IMG/VR virus record: IMGVR_UViG_3300042922_001018
Direction: 5' to 3' (one strand)
Source: a virus
Lineage: Duplodnaviria > Heunggongvirae > Uroviricota > Caudoviricetes
DNA length: 64,000 nucleotides
Shown here: positions 28,398-38,413 of the stretch, one piece after another
Numbering within the stretch: the stretch's first letter is position 1
Layout of the letters: every line of letters starts with the position of its first letter
Translations under genes and position numbers: made by a program
The notes under the pieces: generated by a model
Told to the model about the DNA's origin: nothing
What the model saw: the letters and a program-made list of their open reading frames with translations, nothing else
Databases searched by the model: none

Positions 28398-29100
28398 GAT
28401 GGAGCATCTCCCTTGCGTACTCCGGCGAGATGTCATCGGCCAGAACAGCTTGCAGGACACTGAACGGCAGCTCAGCGCGAGAGGTGGTGTTCGCAGACTT
28501 TATGCCCGTGAGCGCGGTGTACGCGGCCGTGAACGCCGCCTTGTCGTCGAACTCCACGAGCCACTTCATGTCCGCTGCGCTCCAGGTGCCAGCAGGCGTA
28601 CCGAAAAGGAGCGTGGCCCACCCATGAGTGTATGTGCGCACATCAGGGGCGATGGTACGGCCTCCGCTGTACCATTCAGCACACTTGATGAGTTCGTCCG
28701 GCGCCATACCGTGACGAGTTACGGTGCGCATCAGGAACGAGAGGCCCGAGAACCCGGTGTGCTCGCGGAGGAGCGGCGGCGTGTGCACAGCGGCGAGGTA
28801 GTGAGTGGCAAGGCTCACTTCTTCGTGGCGGTAGCCGGTCAGCTTCCAAGGGTCGGAGATGTAGGGGTGCAGCTTGCCCGGTATGCGCGACGGGTCTTCC
28901 GAGTATGCGACGGCGGCTTCCTCGAAGTCATCACCGAATCGTTCGTAGGCCCGGAGCCATGTCCGCGCTTCCGTGCTCGTGCTTCCGCCGAAGCCTTCTG
29001 AGACCACACCGAACACTTCAGGATGCAAGTCTTCACGGATGTAGAGCAGTTGTGACTTCGTCGGCGCGAACGCGTGGAACGCGGTCTGCGGAACAGTCAT
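28387..29100 (-). CDS. hypothetical protein, paralog pair B
   Basis: As above; TAGAGT-N6-ATG leaderless start. Confidence 0.7.
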   Translation of the reverse strand: MTVPQTAFHAFAPTKSQLLYIREDLHPEVFGVVSEGFGGSTSTEARTWLRAYERFGDDFEEAAVAYSEDPSRIPGKLHPYISDPWKLTGYRHEEVSLATHYLAAVHTPPLLREHTGFSGLSFLMRTVTRHGMAPDELIKCAEWYSGGRTIAPDVRTYTHGWATLLFGTPAGTWSAADMKWLVEFDDKAAFTAAYTALTGIKSANTTSRAELPFSVLQAVLADDISPEYAREMLHHEA

Positions 29101-29157
29101 ACGCACACTCTACAACGTGCAACCAGCATTGTCCAGTACCGGTGGTACGATGAGGGT

Positions 29158-29475
29158 GTGACTTTCGAACCGGGTGAAGATGTAATCGTCGAACGCTTCG
29201 GCGGATTCTACGCTGACCACGTTGCTGTGGTCGTCGGTGATTTCGTGGAGCTGGAGATGGGCGGGACCGCTATGCTGTCCAGCGTCCGCAGCTTCGACGA
29301 CCCTGAGGCGCAAGCTGCTATGAAGGCGACGCTGTACCAGCGTCGTGGAGAAGATGTCGAACGCGCTCTCCTTGCCTTCGAGACGGACCCGAGCGACGAG
29401 AACCGCGAGCGCCTCGTGTTCCTGTCGTCCCAGGTTCTCCACAAGGCGGAGACCGACGTAGACTCCGACGAGTAA
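29158..29475 (+). CDS. hypothetical protein
   Basis: TACGAT-N6-GTG start; coding-like codon usage. Confidence 0.6.
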   Translation: MTFEPGEDVIVERFGGFYADHVAVVVGDFVELEMGGTAMLSSVRSFDDPEAQAAMKATLYQRRGEDVERALLAFETDPSDENRERLVFLSSQVLHKAETDVDSDE

Positions 29476-29480
29476 GCGCC

Positions 29481-29693
29481 ATGCTGAAGCAAGGCGTCCT
29501 GAAGACTTCGACGCACGCTCTCGCTCGCGCGCTCCTGGCTCGTCGGGAAGGTCCGCTCCGCGGCATCACTGTCGGGCGTTTCTTCATCTCCTGGGATGGG
29601 AAGCCTGGCGACTACATGGAGACCGTGGACACGGCCGAGTTCTTCGGCGAGGCCAAGACGAAAGACCGCTTCACCGTCGGAGCCTCGAACTAG
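29481..29693 (+). CDS. hypothetical protein (70 aa)
   Basis: ORF directly following the previous gene. Confidence 0.5.
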   Translation: MLKQGVLKTSTHALARALLARREGPLRGITVGRFFISWDGKPGDYMETVDTAEFFGEAKTKDRFTVGASN

Positions 29694-29900
29694 GATTCCC
29701 TTCCGGCACGGCGTATGCTATGCTGTCGAGTATGAATCGTTCACTGGTCTCCCTCGCGTGGCACGCGTTTGAAACGCGCGCCATTTCGGCACTGGGGCAG
29801 CCGACCGATTCGGCATACCCCAAGCTCATCCATTAGGGCCACTCCAGGTGGCTCGCCCTAGAAGGCTCGAAGTCACGAAACGCGGAGGGAGGCTCGCAAG

Positions 29901-30410
29901 ATGACTAGCAGCGAACGAGAGCGTAGTGTCGTCGTCCTTGACGCGAGCTACCAGCCTCTCAACGTCGTGTCCTTCCGTCGCGCCATCGGTTACCTTCTCT
30001 CGAACAAGGCGACTGTGGTTGAGACGGACCCGGAGGTTCCTATAGGCATCACTCTGCCTGATGGAACGAACACAGCTCCTCGCGTCATTGCGTTCGCGTA
30101 CTCGGTGCCGTGGATGTGGACTCATGATGTTCCGTGGAACCGGCGTCGGATGCTGGAACGTGACAACTGGACGTGCGCTTACTGCGGTGGGCACGCGCGT
30201 ACCGTTGACCACGTTATGCCTCAGTCCCGTGGTGGTGGGAACACCTGGATGAACACGGTGGCTGCGTGCGGCCCTTGCAACAACAAGAAGGCCGACCGTA
30301 CGCCAGAAGAGGCCCACATGACGCTGCTGTTCCAGCCTCGCGTCATGTCTCGGCGTGAACTCTTCAAGCGTCGTATCGCTACGGCCGGAGTAGACATCGA
30401 CTGGTTGTGA
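29901..30410 (+). CDS. HNH endonuclease
   Basis: VLDASYQPL, RDNWTCAYCG, TVDHVMPQSRGG, ACGPCNNKK. Confidence 0.9.
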   Translation: MTSSERERSVVVLDASYQPLNVVSFRRAIGYLLSNKATVVETDPEVPIGITLPDGTNTAPRVIAFAYSVPWMWTHDVPWNRRRMLERDNWTCAYCGGHARTVDHVMPQSRGGGNTWMNTVAACGPCNNKKADRTPEEAHMTLLFQPRVMSRRELFKRRIATAGVDIDWL

Positions 30411-30520
30411 ACACGAGTGCTCACTGCCAGCAGATGCCTGCATCTGCACGTTGTAATCGCGAGGCGATTACGGCTCATGGATGGCTCCATCCATCGGTTG
30501 TGAGCACTCGGCAGGAATAG

Positions 30521-30562
30521 ACGAAGCCCCCGGAGGGAACCATCCAACCTCCGGGGGCTTCG
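30521..30562. terminator. hairpin between convergent genes
   Basis: cgaagcccccggagg / cctccgggggcttcg. Confidence 0.7.
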
Positions 30563-30633
30563 CTTGGCGTATGCCCAACCTGACTACGTGTAGGCGGCGA
30601 AGGTTTCGCGACACGCCGTCTCTCAGGCTACGG

Positions 30634-31398
30634 TCAGCTTTCGATGAGCGACCGCCAGTTATACCGGGCCAATGCCACGACTGCCGAGAGGACTGCCCCG
30701 GCGACGCCCAGCGGCGTGAAGAATGCACAGGCCACCGCGAACACGATGGCGGCGGGCGCGAGCCAGAGCCAGCGCTTACCGTACCGGAAGGCGAACACGA
30801 TGGCGCTCACCACGGTGAACAGCGTGAGAGCGATAGCGAAGACTGCCACCCAGCTCAGGAGCGCAGAGTTGGAACCATCGAACCGGTCCAGCCCGATGAG
30901 GGCAACGATGGACGAGAACAGCATCATGAAGAGGATGGGGAGCTGGCCGATAGCTGATGCCACCGCCGAGAAGGTCACTCCTCGGCTGAGGATGCTTCGA
31001 CCGACGGCGACACCGAGGAGGGGGATGCTCACGATGGTAGTGGCGAGCGCCATCCAGCCGAGCGCGCTCCCCAGGATGGGCCAGAAGCCGCTGAGTGCGC
31101 CTGCGGCAAGGTTCGCCACCCAGCCGATGCCCGCGATGAGCAGAATGAGGGCGGAACCGGCGTAGATGGCGGTGGTTGCACCAGGGCCGATGGTGAAGAG
31201 GTCGCGAATAGCGCGGTCCTGACGCCGGGCGGCTGCTCGGTCGGAAGCGCTACGTTGACGTGCGCCTGGGACGCGAGTCGTGTACGCCTTGCCTTCGAAG
31301 TAGGTAGTGCGGGCAGTGACCTGCCCCTTCTTGTTCCGGTGCTCCGTGAACTCCGGAAGCGCACCCCAGGTCTTGACCTTGCGACTGTATTTGCCCAC
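30634..31398 (-). CDS. multi-pass membrane protein
   Basis: Basic N-terminus followed by ~6 hydrophobic helices. Confidence 0.7.
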   Translation of the reverse strand: MGKYSRKVKTWGALPEFTEHRNKKGQVTARTTYFEGKAYTTRVPGARQRSASDRAAARRQDRAIRDLFTIGPGATTAIYAGSALILLIAGIGWVANLAAGALSGFWPILGSALGWMALATTIVSIPLLGVAVGRSILSRGVTFSAVASAIGQLPILFMMLFSSIVALIGLDRFDGSNSALLSWVAVFAIALTLFTVVSAIVFAFRYGKRWLWLAPAAIVFAVACAFFTPLGVAGAVLSAVVALARYNWRSLIES

Positions 31399-31435
31399 GA
31401 CGCTAGGCTACCAGCATCCGCGGACATACGCAACA

Positions 31436-31930
31436 TCACATGCGTTTGGCGTTCTTGATACCCGCCCCGGCTGGCCCTGGGGGCTTTCGCGGCAAGAGGC
31501 TGCCGAAGGCTCCAGCGAACGCTGCGGTGACTGTGATGGCAATGCCGAAGATGCCGATGTAGACGAACCGTTCGGACCCTTCGAGGAAGAAGAAGTTGGG
31601 CGTCATGAGGATGTATGCCATGGCGATACCTAGCGTGAACGGTACGCTTCCCATTGCGAACCAGACGGCCCACCATGCGCGTCTAAGCCGCATCACTTTC
31701 TTCGTTGGCGCGACTCGTAGGATGTCGCCTTCGCGCGTCTGGTACCGGTTTATGAACGCCATCTCCAGTACGATGCCGCGTTTCCCATCGGCTGCGCGCA
31801 AGTCGATGGAGTCCTTACCGGAACGTGTCAGATACCCGTAGTAGGCTCTCTTGACGCGCGCGACCTGCCCGCCGGGCAGGGTAATCCACTGTCCTACGAG
31901 CGCCTCAGGCGTCAGCACCAACAAGTTCAC
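31436..31930 (-). CDS. membrane protein
   Basis: Two C-terminal TM helices. Confidence 0.6.
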   Translation of the reverse strand: MNLLVLTPEALVGQWITLPGGQVARVKRAYYGYLTRSGKDSIDLRAADGKRGIVLEMAFINRYQTREGDILRVAPTKKVMRLRRAWWAVWFAMGSVPFTLGIAMAYILMTPNFFFLEGSERFVYIGIFGIAITVTAAFAGAFGSLLPRKPPGPAGAGIKNAKRM

Positions 31931-32297
31931 GGGGAGTTCCTTCGCGTACCCATTCCCCGTTCCGACGCACTTCGACGACGGTCGTCTCAGGGTCGTCTAG
32001 CTCGCGCTGTACACGGTCTAGAGCGGTCTCTTCGCCTTCACGGCGCTTCCGTTCCTGGTCAAGCCAGAATCGGAACTCAGGAGTCTCCGTCATTCGGATG
32101 AAGGCATTGCGCTTGTTGCGCTTCTGCTCACGGTTGTCACGAGCTTCGCCGACCGCGCCGGACGCGGTATGCACGATGCGTACACCTGTCTTCGCGCGGT
32201 CGCGATGCTGTCCACCAGCGCCGGAGACGGTGAACGTCTGCACGTCACAGTCGTCCAGCGTCACGCTGAACAATGGGGCATCGCTTCTTGTCGTCAT
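31905..32297 (-). CDS. stand-alone RF-1/peptidyl-tRNA hydrolase domain protein (ArfB/PrfH-like)
   Basis: SGAGGQHRDRAKTGVRIVHTASG...REQKRNK, with an intact GGQ motif. Confidence 0.88.
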   Translation of the reverse strand: MTTRSDAPLFSVTLDDCDVQTFTVSGAGGQHRDRAKTGVRIVHTASGAVGEARDNREQKRNKRNAFIRMTETPEFRFWLDQERKRREGEETALDRVQRELDDPETTVVEVRRNGEWVREGTPRELVGADA

Positions 32298-32713
32298 GAT
32301 GGGAGTCGTTCCTGTACTTGCTCCCACGTCACCTGTTCGGCTCCCCAGAAGCAGACCACGGGGATGTTCTTCTTTACAGCCAACAGCGTAGCACCTCGGG
32401 TACCCGCATTGCGCTCACCCGGCTGGAAGAAGGCCAACACCCCGTCAGGCTCTCGCGCAATCATTCGGGCATTGCGACGGTGGCCTGCGGCCTTGTCGGT
32501 TGAACCATCCGGCCGCTTCCAGTCAGTCACCGGATGCGGTTCAAGCTGCCAGCCACGACGACCCGCGACTCGCGCGCAGAGCTGGTCGGCGCCACGCGCG
32601 GCGCCGTGAATGAGTGTGCCTGTGCCGTGCTTGCGCTCGATGCGTCGGAAGGCGTCATCGACGGTTTCCTCATTGCCGTACTCGCGTGAACCTGTGACCA
32701 TGACCGTGAACAT
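32294..32713 (-). CDS. SLOG family (DUF2493/YspA-like) protein
   Basis: VMVTGSR, LIHGAARGAD, AGHRRNARM, GT motif. Confidence 0.85.
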   Translation of the reverse strand: MFTVMVTGSREYGNEETVDDAFRRIERKHGTGTLIHGAARGADQLCARVAGRRGWQLEPHPVTDWKRPDGSTDKAAGHRRNARMIAREPDGVLAFFQPGERNAGTRGATLLAVKKNIPVVCFWGAEQVTWEQVQERLPS

Positions 32714-33330
32714 CAGTCTTCTCCTGCAATCTCGTGGAGCCAGATGCTACCGGGGATGAAATGCCACTCGGTTCGCGACTCATCGTCAACCATGTTGTTC
32801 CACACGGGTTCGCGTGCTTCCCACTTCGCTGAAGCGTTCTCGTCGTCGTAGTAGGAGAACTCCTCTACGCCTTCAATGCCGAGCAGCGCAATGTACGTCT
32901 CGTCCACGGCGCTGCACACGATGCGCCCGTAGACGTAGTCCGCATCCCGTCCAGAAGCATCGGCGTAGGGCATCCACAGGTCTACGCGGATAGTGAGGTC
33001 GAACGACGACCAGAGCTGGTGCGGGTGCATGTAGTACGGAGCGAAGTCCGCCAGCAGCTCGATAGCGAACTCTTTGTCGGTGACGCTCCCCTCCCGTAGC
33101 CGATGCCGAACGAATATGGACGGCGAGTAGCCTCGTGGCGCAATGACTTTCGTTACGAAGCCCTCAGCGTTCGACGGGTCGCCTCCGGCCATATCACCGT
33201 GCAGCTCGTCGAGCTTCACGCGCGCATACGGCGCAAGTGCCGCTGGGAGCCGTCCTGCGAGCATAGCGGGGAACGCCCGGTACTGAGAGTACGGAACGCG
33301 GAAGCCGTTGAGGATGCGGACGTTGCTCAT
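32713..33330 (-). CDS. hypothetical protein
   Basis: 205 aa ORF coupled within the operon. Confidence 0.65.
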   Translation of the reverse strand: MSNVRILNGFRVPYSQYRAFPAMLAGRLPAALAPYARVKLDELHGDMAGGDPSNAEGFVTKVIAPRGYSPSIFVRHRLREGSVTDKEFAIELLADFAPYYMHPHQLWSSFDLTIRVDLWMPYADASGRDADYVYGRIVCSAVDETYIALLGIEGVEEFSYYDDENASAKWEAREPVWNNMVDDESRTEWHFIPGSIWLHEIAGED

Positions 33331-33333
33331 CGC

Positions 33334-34194
33334 TCAGTCGTCGCTGAAGCCCCAGTCGTCATCCTCATCGTAGTCGTCGTCGTCCTCATCGTAGTGAGTC
33401 TCGGTGTACTCGACATCGGAGGCTTCGAGAACGACGTAGCGGGTGACGCGCACCTTCTGGTAGTTGCAGTCGCGCGGGACGCTGACGACATCGCGAGGGT
33501 TCACGCGGACGCGGAGGAGCACGCCCTGAGCGAAGCCACTGGCGTATGCGTAGGTGCCTGCGTGCAGTCCTCGCGAGCAGCCACGGTCGATGTTCGAGTC
33601 CACGTACGAACGCTGAATCTCGATGGTCGAGCCGACCTGATTGAGGAGGTGTCCGCGGGTCGGGACGCCGTCGATGATGCCAGGGCCGGAGTGGATGCTG
33701 CGGTAGTCGCGACGGACACCCTTATACGCGATGAAGTCGCCGTCGTTGGTGATGGCGAAGTCGAAGCGGCGCAGGAAGCCGTAGAGCGACTGACGGGACG
33801 CCTCGGAGGGGTTCTGGTAGAGCTTCTCCAGGAACCGCACTGCGGGCTTCCACTTGTCCTCATCGCCGATGCCGTACTTCTCGATGGTACGGCGGATGAA
33901 GCGGGCGATGCCTTCGTCGATGGGGTCGTGGTCGTAGAGGACGTTCGTGCCGTCGTACGTGATGTTGTCGGAGAGCTTCGCGAGCCGGTCACCGATGACG
34001 ACTGCCAGCGAGAGAAGCTCCTCGATGCGTTCGATGTCGTCGGTCTTCTCCACCTCCAGCAGCTCCAGCACCCGGTTGTAATGAGGGCTGTCGCTCAGGA
34101 CGGTCAGCGGAAGGCCCGTCGGCCGATAGATGGTGATGGCCGATGGGATGTTCTCGCCCTCGCCGGGCGTGTACGTGCTGTACGGAAGTACCAT
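33334..34194 (-). CDS. rIIB: rIIB-like protein
   Basis: NPS...LYGFL...ITNDGDFIAYKGV...CSRGLHAG...VNPRDVVSVPRD. Confidence 0.9.
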   Translation of the reverse strand: MVLPYSTYTPGEGENIPSAITIYRPTGLPLTVLSDSPHYNRVLELLEVEKTDDIERIEELLSLAVVIGDRLAKLSDNITYDGTNVLYDHDPIDEGIARFIRRTIEKYGIGDEDKWKPAVRFLEKLYQNPSEASRQSLYGFLRRFDFAITNDGDFIAYKGVRRDYRSIHSGPGIIDGVPTRGHLLNQVGSTIEIQRSYVDSNIDRGCSRGLHAGTYAYASGFAQGVLLRVRVNPRDVVSVPRDCNYQKVRVTRYVVLEASDVEYTETHYDEDDDDYDEDDDWGFSDD

Positions 34195-34224
34195 GATTGT
34201 GTCCTCTCGGGCCTCAGTCTAGCA

Positions 34225-36645
34225 TCACTCTACGACGTTGAGAAGCTGGTCGTAGGCAGCGTTCACGTAGAGCACCGCGTGCTTGATGCGACCGTCTCCG
34301 CGCTCCAGCCCAGACAGCAGCGGGTACCGCTCGATGATGGTCAGCTCAGTGATGTAATCGTGAACGGCAAGAACACGCTCGCGCTGGTCTTCAGTCAGCC
34401 CGAGGGTGTGAACGTTCTGCTGCACCGTCGTAGTGAAGTTCTCCTTGTCACCCCGCCAGTAGCTCACACGGGCGCCCTTGCGGAGCATCGCGAGGAACTG
34501 TTCGACGGAGTGAGAGGGACGCTTCCCGCCTTCGCGGAAGATAGGGTCTTTCAGCTCGTCAAGGCGTGGTTCCAGCTTCATCATGACGGCCTGGGACTTC
34601 GACTCGGTCCACAGCGCCATCGAGGTGTCAGCGGCTTCGAACTCATCCACGAGACTCTCGAAGAGTTCAGTGACGACCTCATCGAGCGGGCGAATACCGG
34701 GCGCGTCCTGGATGAGGTCTTCGAGCTTCTGTGAAGCACGCAGCACGATGACACGATAGCCCGCACGGCTGACCTGCTTCATGACATCGAGGGCGAGTTC
34801 TGCCGCCAGCCGTCCAGGGTGCGCGCCACGGTCCGCGAGCTTCGCCACGAGGTCTGCGGCGGTACCCGTTGCGGCCTGCGAGTCGGGAAGGACGTAAGCC
34901 ATCTTCCCGCCGCCACCGACACGCTCGTTCTCCAGGAGCGCCCGTTGGGTCTCGGTTGCATCCTCAGGGATTTCGACGCGCTCCCCCAGGATGAAAGTCT
35001 CCATCTCGGAGTTGTCCATCGAGTCGGTGTTCAGGCGCGCCCGGTCGGAGGTAGATGACAGCGCAGGCTGGAGGACCGAGTAGTCTCGCTTCTCGCGGGC
35101 CGCACGCTTCACGTAATCGCTTCGCGACCGCCGCGCCGAAGCATCCCGTCGGTACTCGCGCCGCTCCTCCATCGCCTCTTCTTCGATGCTCTGGACCGGC
35201 ACGAACTGTGCCAGCTCACGGAACCACGGGGAGAAGTCCTCGGGGCGTCCGAGCGTGATGTAGCGCGTCGTCGTTTCGACGGTCTCGACACCCGCGCGGC
35301 GGAGCCACCGCTCGTAGTCGCGGATGTCGCGTTCAGCGTTGCTGATGGTCTTCGAGTAGTCGTCGGGCAGCGTGTACACGACCGTCAGCTCATCGAGAGT
35401 CTCCGGGGCGTCGTGGGTGTCCGCGTGCTTGATGGAACGCGCCGTGTACCGGGTTCCGGTGTTGCGTGGTGCCACCTCAGACAGGTAAGGCGGGCGCACA
35501 TAACGAAGGTGGTCTTCCGGCGTCACGGCGATGAACTCGCCTGTTGCCTTGCCTTCCTCGTTGAGCCTCGGCCGCTCCTGGGCGGGGAAGAACGGGACTT
35601 CCCCCTTCGTAGGAATCACTTCACCGTGCCACGTGCTCAGCTCCTCCTGGAGGAACTTCGGAAGGGAGCTGTGGTAGAGCAGCGCTTCGTTCCGCGATGA
35701 GTTCTCGATGCGGGCCGCGGCCTGCACACGGAACTCTTCCACCCATGCCTCAGCGATGCGCGTGATGGTTTCGCGGCTCTGGGACACTGCCCGAATGCCT
35801 TCACGGCTGGTCTCAACCTTGACCTGGCCGTTCGGAAGTGAGAGGAAGATGCGCTTCGCACCGTCGATGCGCGACACAACGCCGCCGTCGAGTTCGGACG
35901 TGATGTCGTACCGGACGCCGAGAATCTCGGCTGACGCGCCCTTGAACCCTTCCACCGCGTCTTCGTCGAGTGCGTACCAGCCATGCTCACCGATGCGCTG
36001 GAACTGCGTCGGGTTGTGCAGGCTGTACTTCGGCGCCTGGCCGTTGACGAGGATGCTGCCGGGCGGGTAGGAGATGAACAGGTTCTCGGCAGCGGCCTGC
36101 ATCGCATCGACATCCGCAACGGGGATGCAGACGGTGACACCGTTCGGCTCATCCGTCTCCTCGTAACCGATGAACTTGAAGTCGGGGATGCCGTCTTCGT
36201 CGCGGATGACCGCGATGGTGTGCTTCTCGCCGTTCTTGATGGTGATGAGCGAGAACGACGGCGTGATAGCGAGTGGGGACTTGGACCCGAGGCCGAACCC
36301 GCCGCGTTCCTCATTCGAGCCACGCTTATCGGATGCGCCGACCTTCGAGTAGGTGTCGCGGATGTCCGCCTTCGACATCCCTGTTCCCCAGTCCTGAATC
36401 ACGAGGACCGGGTTGAGCGAACTCGGCAGAGAGATTTCGATGGGACGGGTCTGCTTCGCGCGGATGTGCGCGTCGGCAGCGTTCGACCCCAGCTCTTGCA
36501 GGATGGCTCGCCACGGGTTCTTGTACAGCGACTCCGAGATGGACTGGAGGAGGAAGACCGTAGCTTCCTCGTCGATGGTCAGCTTGATGCTGTCCTTGAC
36601 ATCGACGTTGTCTTCGACCGTACCCTTGATGCTTTCGATAATCAT
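34225..36645 (-). CDS. rIIA: rIIA-like protein (GHKL ATPase N-terminus)
   Basis: LYKNPWRAILQELGSNAADAH, DWGTGMS, GGFGLGSKSP; adjacent to rIIB. Confidence 0.88.
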   Translation of the reverse strand: MIIESIKGTVEDNVDVKDSIKLTIDEEATVFLLQSISESLYKNPWRAILQELGSNAADAHIRAKQTRPIEISLPSSLNPVLVIQDWGTGMSKADIRDTYSKVGASDKRGSNEERGGFGLGSKSPLAITPSFSLITIKNGEKHTIAVIRDEDGIPDFKFIGYEETDEPNGVTVCIPVADVDAMQAAAENLFISYPPGSILVNGQAPKYSLHNPTQFQRIGEHGWYALDEDAVEGFKGASAEILGVRYDITSELDGGVVSRIDGAKRIFLSLPNGQVKVETSREGIRAVSQSRETITRIAEAWVEEFRVQAAARIENSSRNEALLYHSSLPKFLQEELSTWHGEVIPTKGEVPFFPAQERPRLNEEGKATGEFIAVTPEDHLRYVRPPYLSEVAPRNTGTRYTARSIKHADTHDAPETLDELTVVYTLPDDYSKTISNAERDIRDYERWLRRAGVETVETTTRYITLGRPEDFSPWFRELAQFVPVQSIEEEAMEERREYRRDASARRSRSDYVKRAAREKRDYSVLQPALSSTSDRARLNTDSMDNSEMETFILGERVEIPEDATETQRALLENERVGGGGKMAYVLPDSQAATGTAADLVAKLADRGAHPGRLAAELALDVMKQVSRAGYRVIVLRASQKLEDLIQDAPGIRPLDEVVTELFESLVDEFEAADTSMALWTESKSQAVMMKLEPRLDELKDPIFREGGKRPSHSVEQFLAMLRKGARVSYWRGDKENFTTTVQQNVHTLGLTEDQRERVLAVHDYITELTIIERYPLLSGLERGDGRIKHAVLYVNAAYDQLLNVVE

Positions 36646-36758
36646 GCGGCTGCAAGCCTTCCTCTGCGAGTCCCTGCCACCCTAGCAGACGATACGGGGA
36701 AGTGTCAATGTGAGGGATAGTGCACATCCACCCTAATGTGCACTATCCCTCACATTGC

Positions 36759-37538
36759 TCAGCGGCCGGAGAGAATCCCGCGGAGCACTTCAGCGCACTT
36801 CTCGGCTGGTACAACCTCGTTCCGGTGCACAAGCACGATACGCACGTCCGGCGTCTTGCGGCGGGCGCCGAGCACATCGTTGACGAGGGCGCGGTCGTCA
36901 CGGCCTCCATTGAGAAGGAGGAAGACGACATCAGCGGTCTGCACGGCTCGTGTCATGTCGGTGCACACTTCAACGGCAGTCTCGTTCCGCGCACGGTCCA
37001 GCAGGTCGAGAGACGTGGTGTGAAGGACGACGGCGGGCCGCTGCGGGTTCTCGAAGCCTCGGCCTTCACGGAGCGAGACGGTCTCCAGGTCAGTCTCGTA
37101 CGCGCGCTCCAGAATCTTGCGGATAGCGGCGGTGTTGCCACGGACGGGACCGACGAACGTGAAGCGGTAGTACCAGCCGCGGGGGAACTCGGTAATCCAG
37201 TTGTACCGCTGCATCCCCGTGTTCGGGTCCAGGTACGTGATGGGGGCACCATCCGGGTTCTCAGCGCGGGCGCGGGCTGAGAGCAGCCCGTAGCGAGCGC
37301 GCGTGCGACGCACGAAGGAGACGCTGCGCTTCACCTTGTTTGCAATCTGGCTGTCAGAAAGGCCTTCCTCGTATGCCGCCATGACTGCGACGACATCGGT
37401 GGGAAGCTCCTCACTGATGAACACGCAGTCGTCACACAGCGCTTGGTTCTTGGGTCGGGCCTGACCGCAACGGGGGCAGGACGGCTTGCTGGAGGAGGTG
37501 GTCGCGGACGAGCCGACGAGGGTGCCAGTGATACTCAT
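36759..37538 (-). CDS. putative regulator (Zn finger + HTH)
   Basis: CPRC...CDDC followed by GLSDSQIANKVKRSVSFVRRTR. Confidence 0.55.
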   Translation of the reverse strand: MSITGTLVGSSATTSSSKPSCPRCGQARPKNQALCDDCVFISEELPTDVVAVMAAYEEGLSDSQIANKVKRSVSFVRRTRARYGLLSARARAENPDGAPITYLDPNTGMQRYNWITEFPRGWYYRFTFVGPVRGNTAAIRKILERAYETDLETVSLREGRGFENPQRPAVVLHTTSLDLLDRARNETAVEVCTDMTRAVQTADVVFLLLNGGRDDRALVNDVLGARRKTPDVRIVLVHRNEVVPAEKCAEVLRGILSGR

Positions 37539-37594
37539 ACACCCTTTATGCAGCTCGTTCCAAGTTACCTGTCAACTTTAGCCCTTGACAAGGA

Positions 37595-37632
37595 ACAGGT
37601 TTTCCTGTATACGCGATTACAGGTTTTCCTGT
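37595..37632. promoter_or_regulatory. two palindromic operator-like boxes ACAGG-TTTT-CCTGT
   Basis: Exact 14-mers at 37595-37608 and 37619-37632, next to TTGACA hexamers on both strands. Confidence 0.6.
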
Positions 37633-37662
37633 TCGCTGGTATCTGCCACAGGAGCGCTCTTT

Positions 37663-37833
37663 TCAGGCGGACTGCTTGTCGTAATAGACGACGGTGGGGA
37701 CTTCTTCGCCCAGGATAGCGAGGATGTCGCGAGCAAGAGGAATAGCGCGCTCAGGGACCGGACCGTAGGTGCCCCGTTCGATTTCATAACACAGTTGCCG
37801 TATGCGTGTGATGACATCGAAATCGGCCGTCAT
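37663..37833 (-). CDS. small hypothetical protein (56 aa, leaderless)
   Basis: TAGACT-N7-ATG; MTADFDVITRIRQLCYEIERG... Confidence 0.5.
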   Translation of the reverse strand: MTADFDVITRIRQLCYEIERGTYGPVPERAIPLARDILAILGEEVPTVVYYDKQSA

Positions 37834-37887
37834 AGCAGCGAGTCTATCAGACGCATACTCGACCCATGGGATGCTAGGCTGTGAGGC

Positions 37888-38406
37888 ATGAAGAAGCCGT
37901 TGAAGCTCCTGCCGTTCATCCTGCTTGCGTCCATCTTCGCTGTGTGGATGACGACCGCGGGGATGACCGGGCAGGCTTCGCTCGAAGCAGAGTTCGCGAA
38001 GGCGGAGCAGCGTCTCGCCGATGGAACCGGGACTCAAATCACGGTCCAGTCGGAAGGTCAGGACCGTATCCGAACTGGTCGTCGTGCATCCTACAAGTGG
38101 TGCTACAAGTTCGAGTATCAGGCGGATGGCTACTCGGTGCCTTTCACTGAAAAGCGCTGGTGCGAACGCTCGCAGACCAGCGAGCCTGTGTCGGCCACCC
38201 TGGTGTACCGGGAAGACTTCCCGCAGATTCACTACTGGGTACGCTCCGACGCCACTGAGGAGATGTACTACGGTACGAGCATTCAGCTCTGGTCAGGCTG
38301 GGCAAGCGGCGCGGCTGCGCTCGGCCTGTCTGGGTTTGCGGTCATCTCTGCTGTGGTGAACCGCAAGCGAAAGACCCCGTCAGCCGAAGCCAACGGGGTC
38401 TCATAG
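37888..38406 (+). CDS. two-TM membrane protein (DUF3592-like)
   Basis: N- and C-terminal TM helices; TAGGCT-N7-ATG. Confidence 0.6.
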   Translation: MKKPLKLLPFILLASIFAVWMTTAGMTGQASLEAEFAKAEQRLADGTGTQITVQSEGQDRIRTGRRASYKWCYKFEYQADGYSVPFTEKRWCERSQTSEPVSATLVYREDFPQIHYWVRSDATEEMYYGTSIQLWSGWASGAAALGLSGFAVISAVVNRKRKTPSAEANGVS

Positions 38407-38413
38407 CGGCGAC

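Noticed and set aside
34225-36645. Hsp90/MutL/MORC call for the GHKL protein
   Set aside because: The adjacent rIIB and the LY.N...A.L.EL.SNA.DAH pattern favour rIIA
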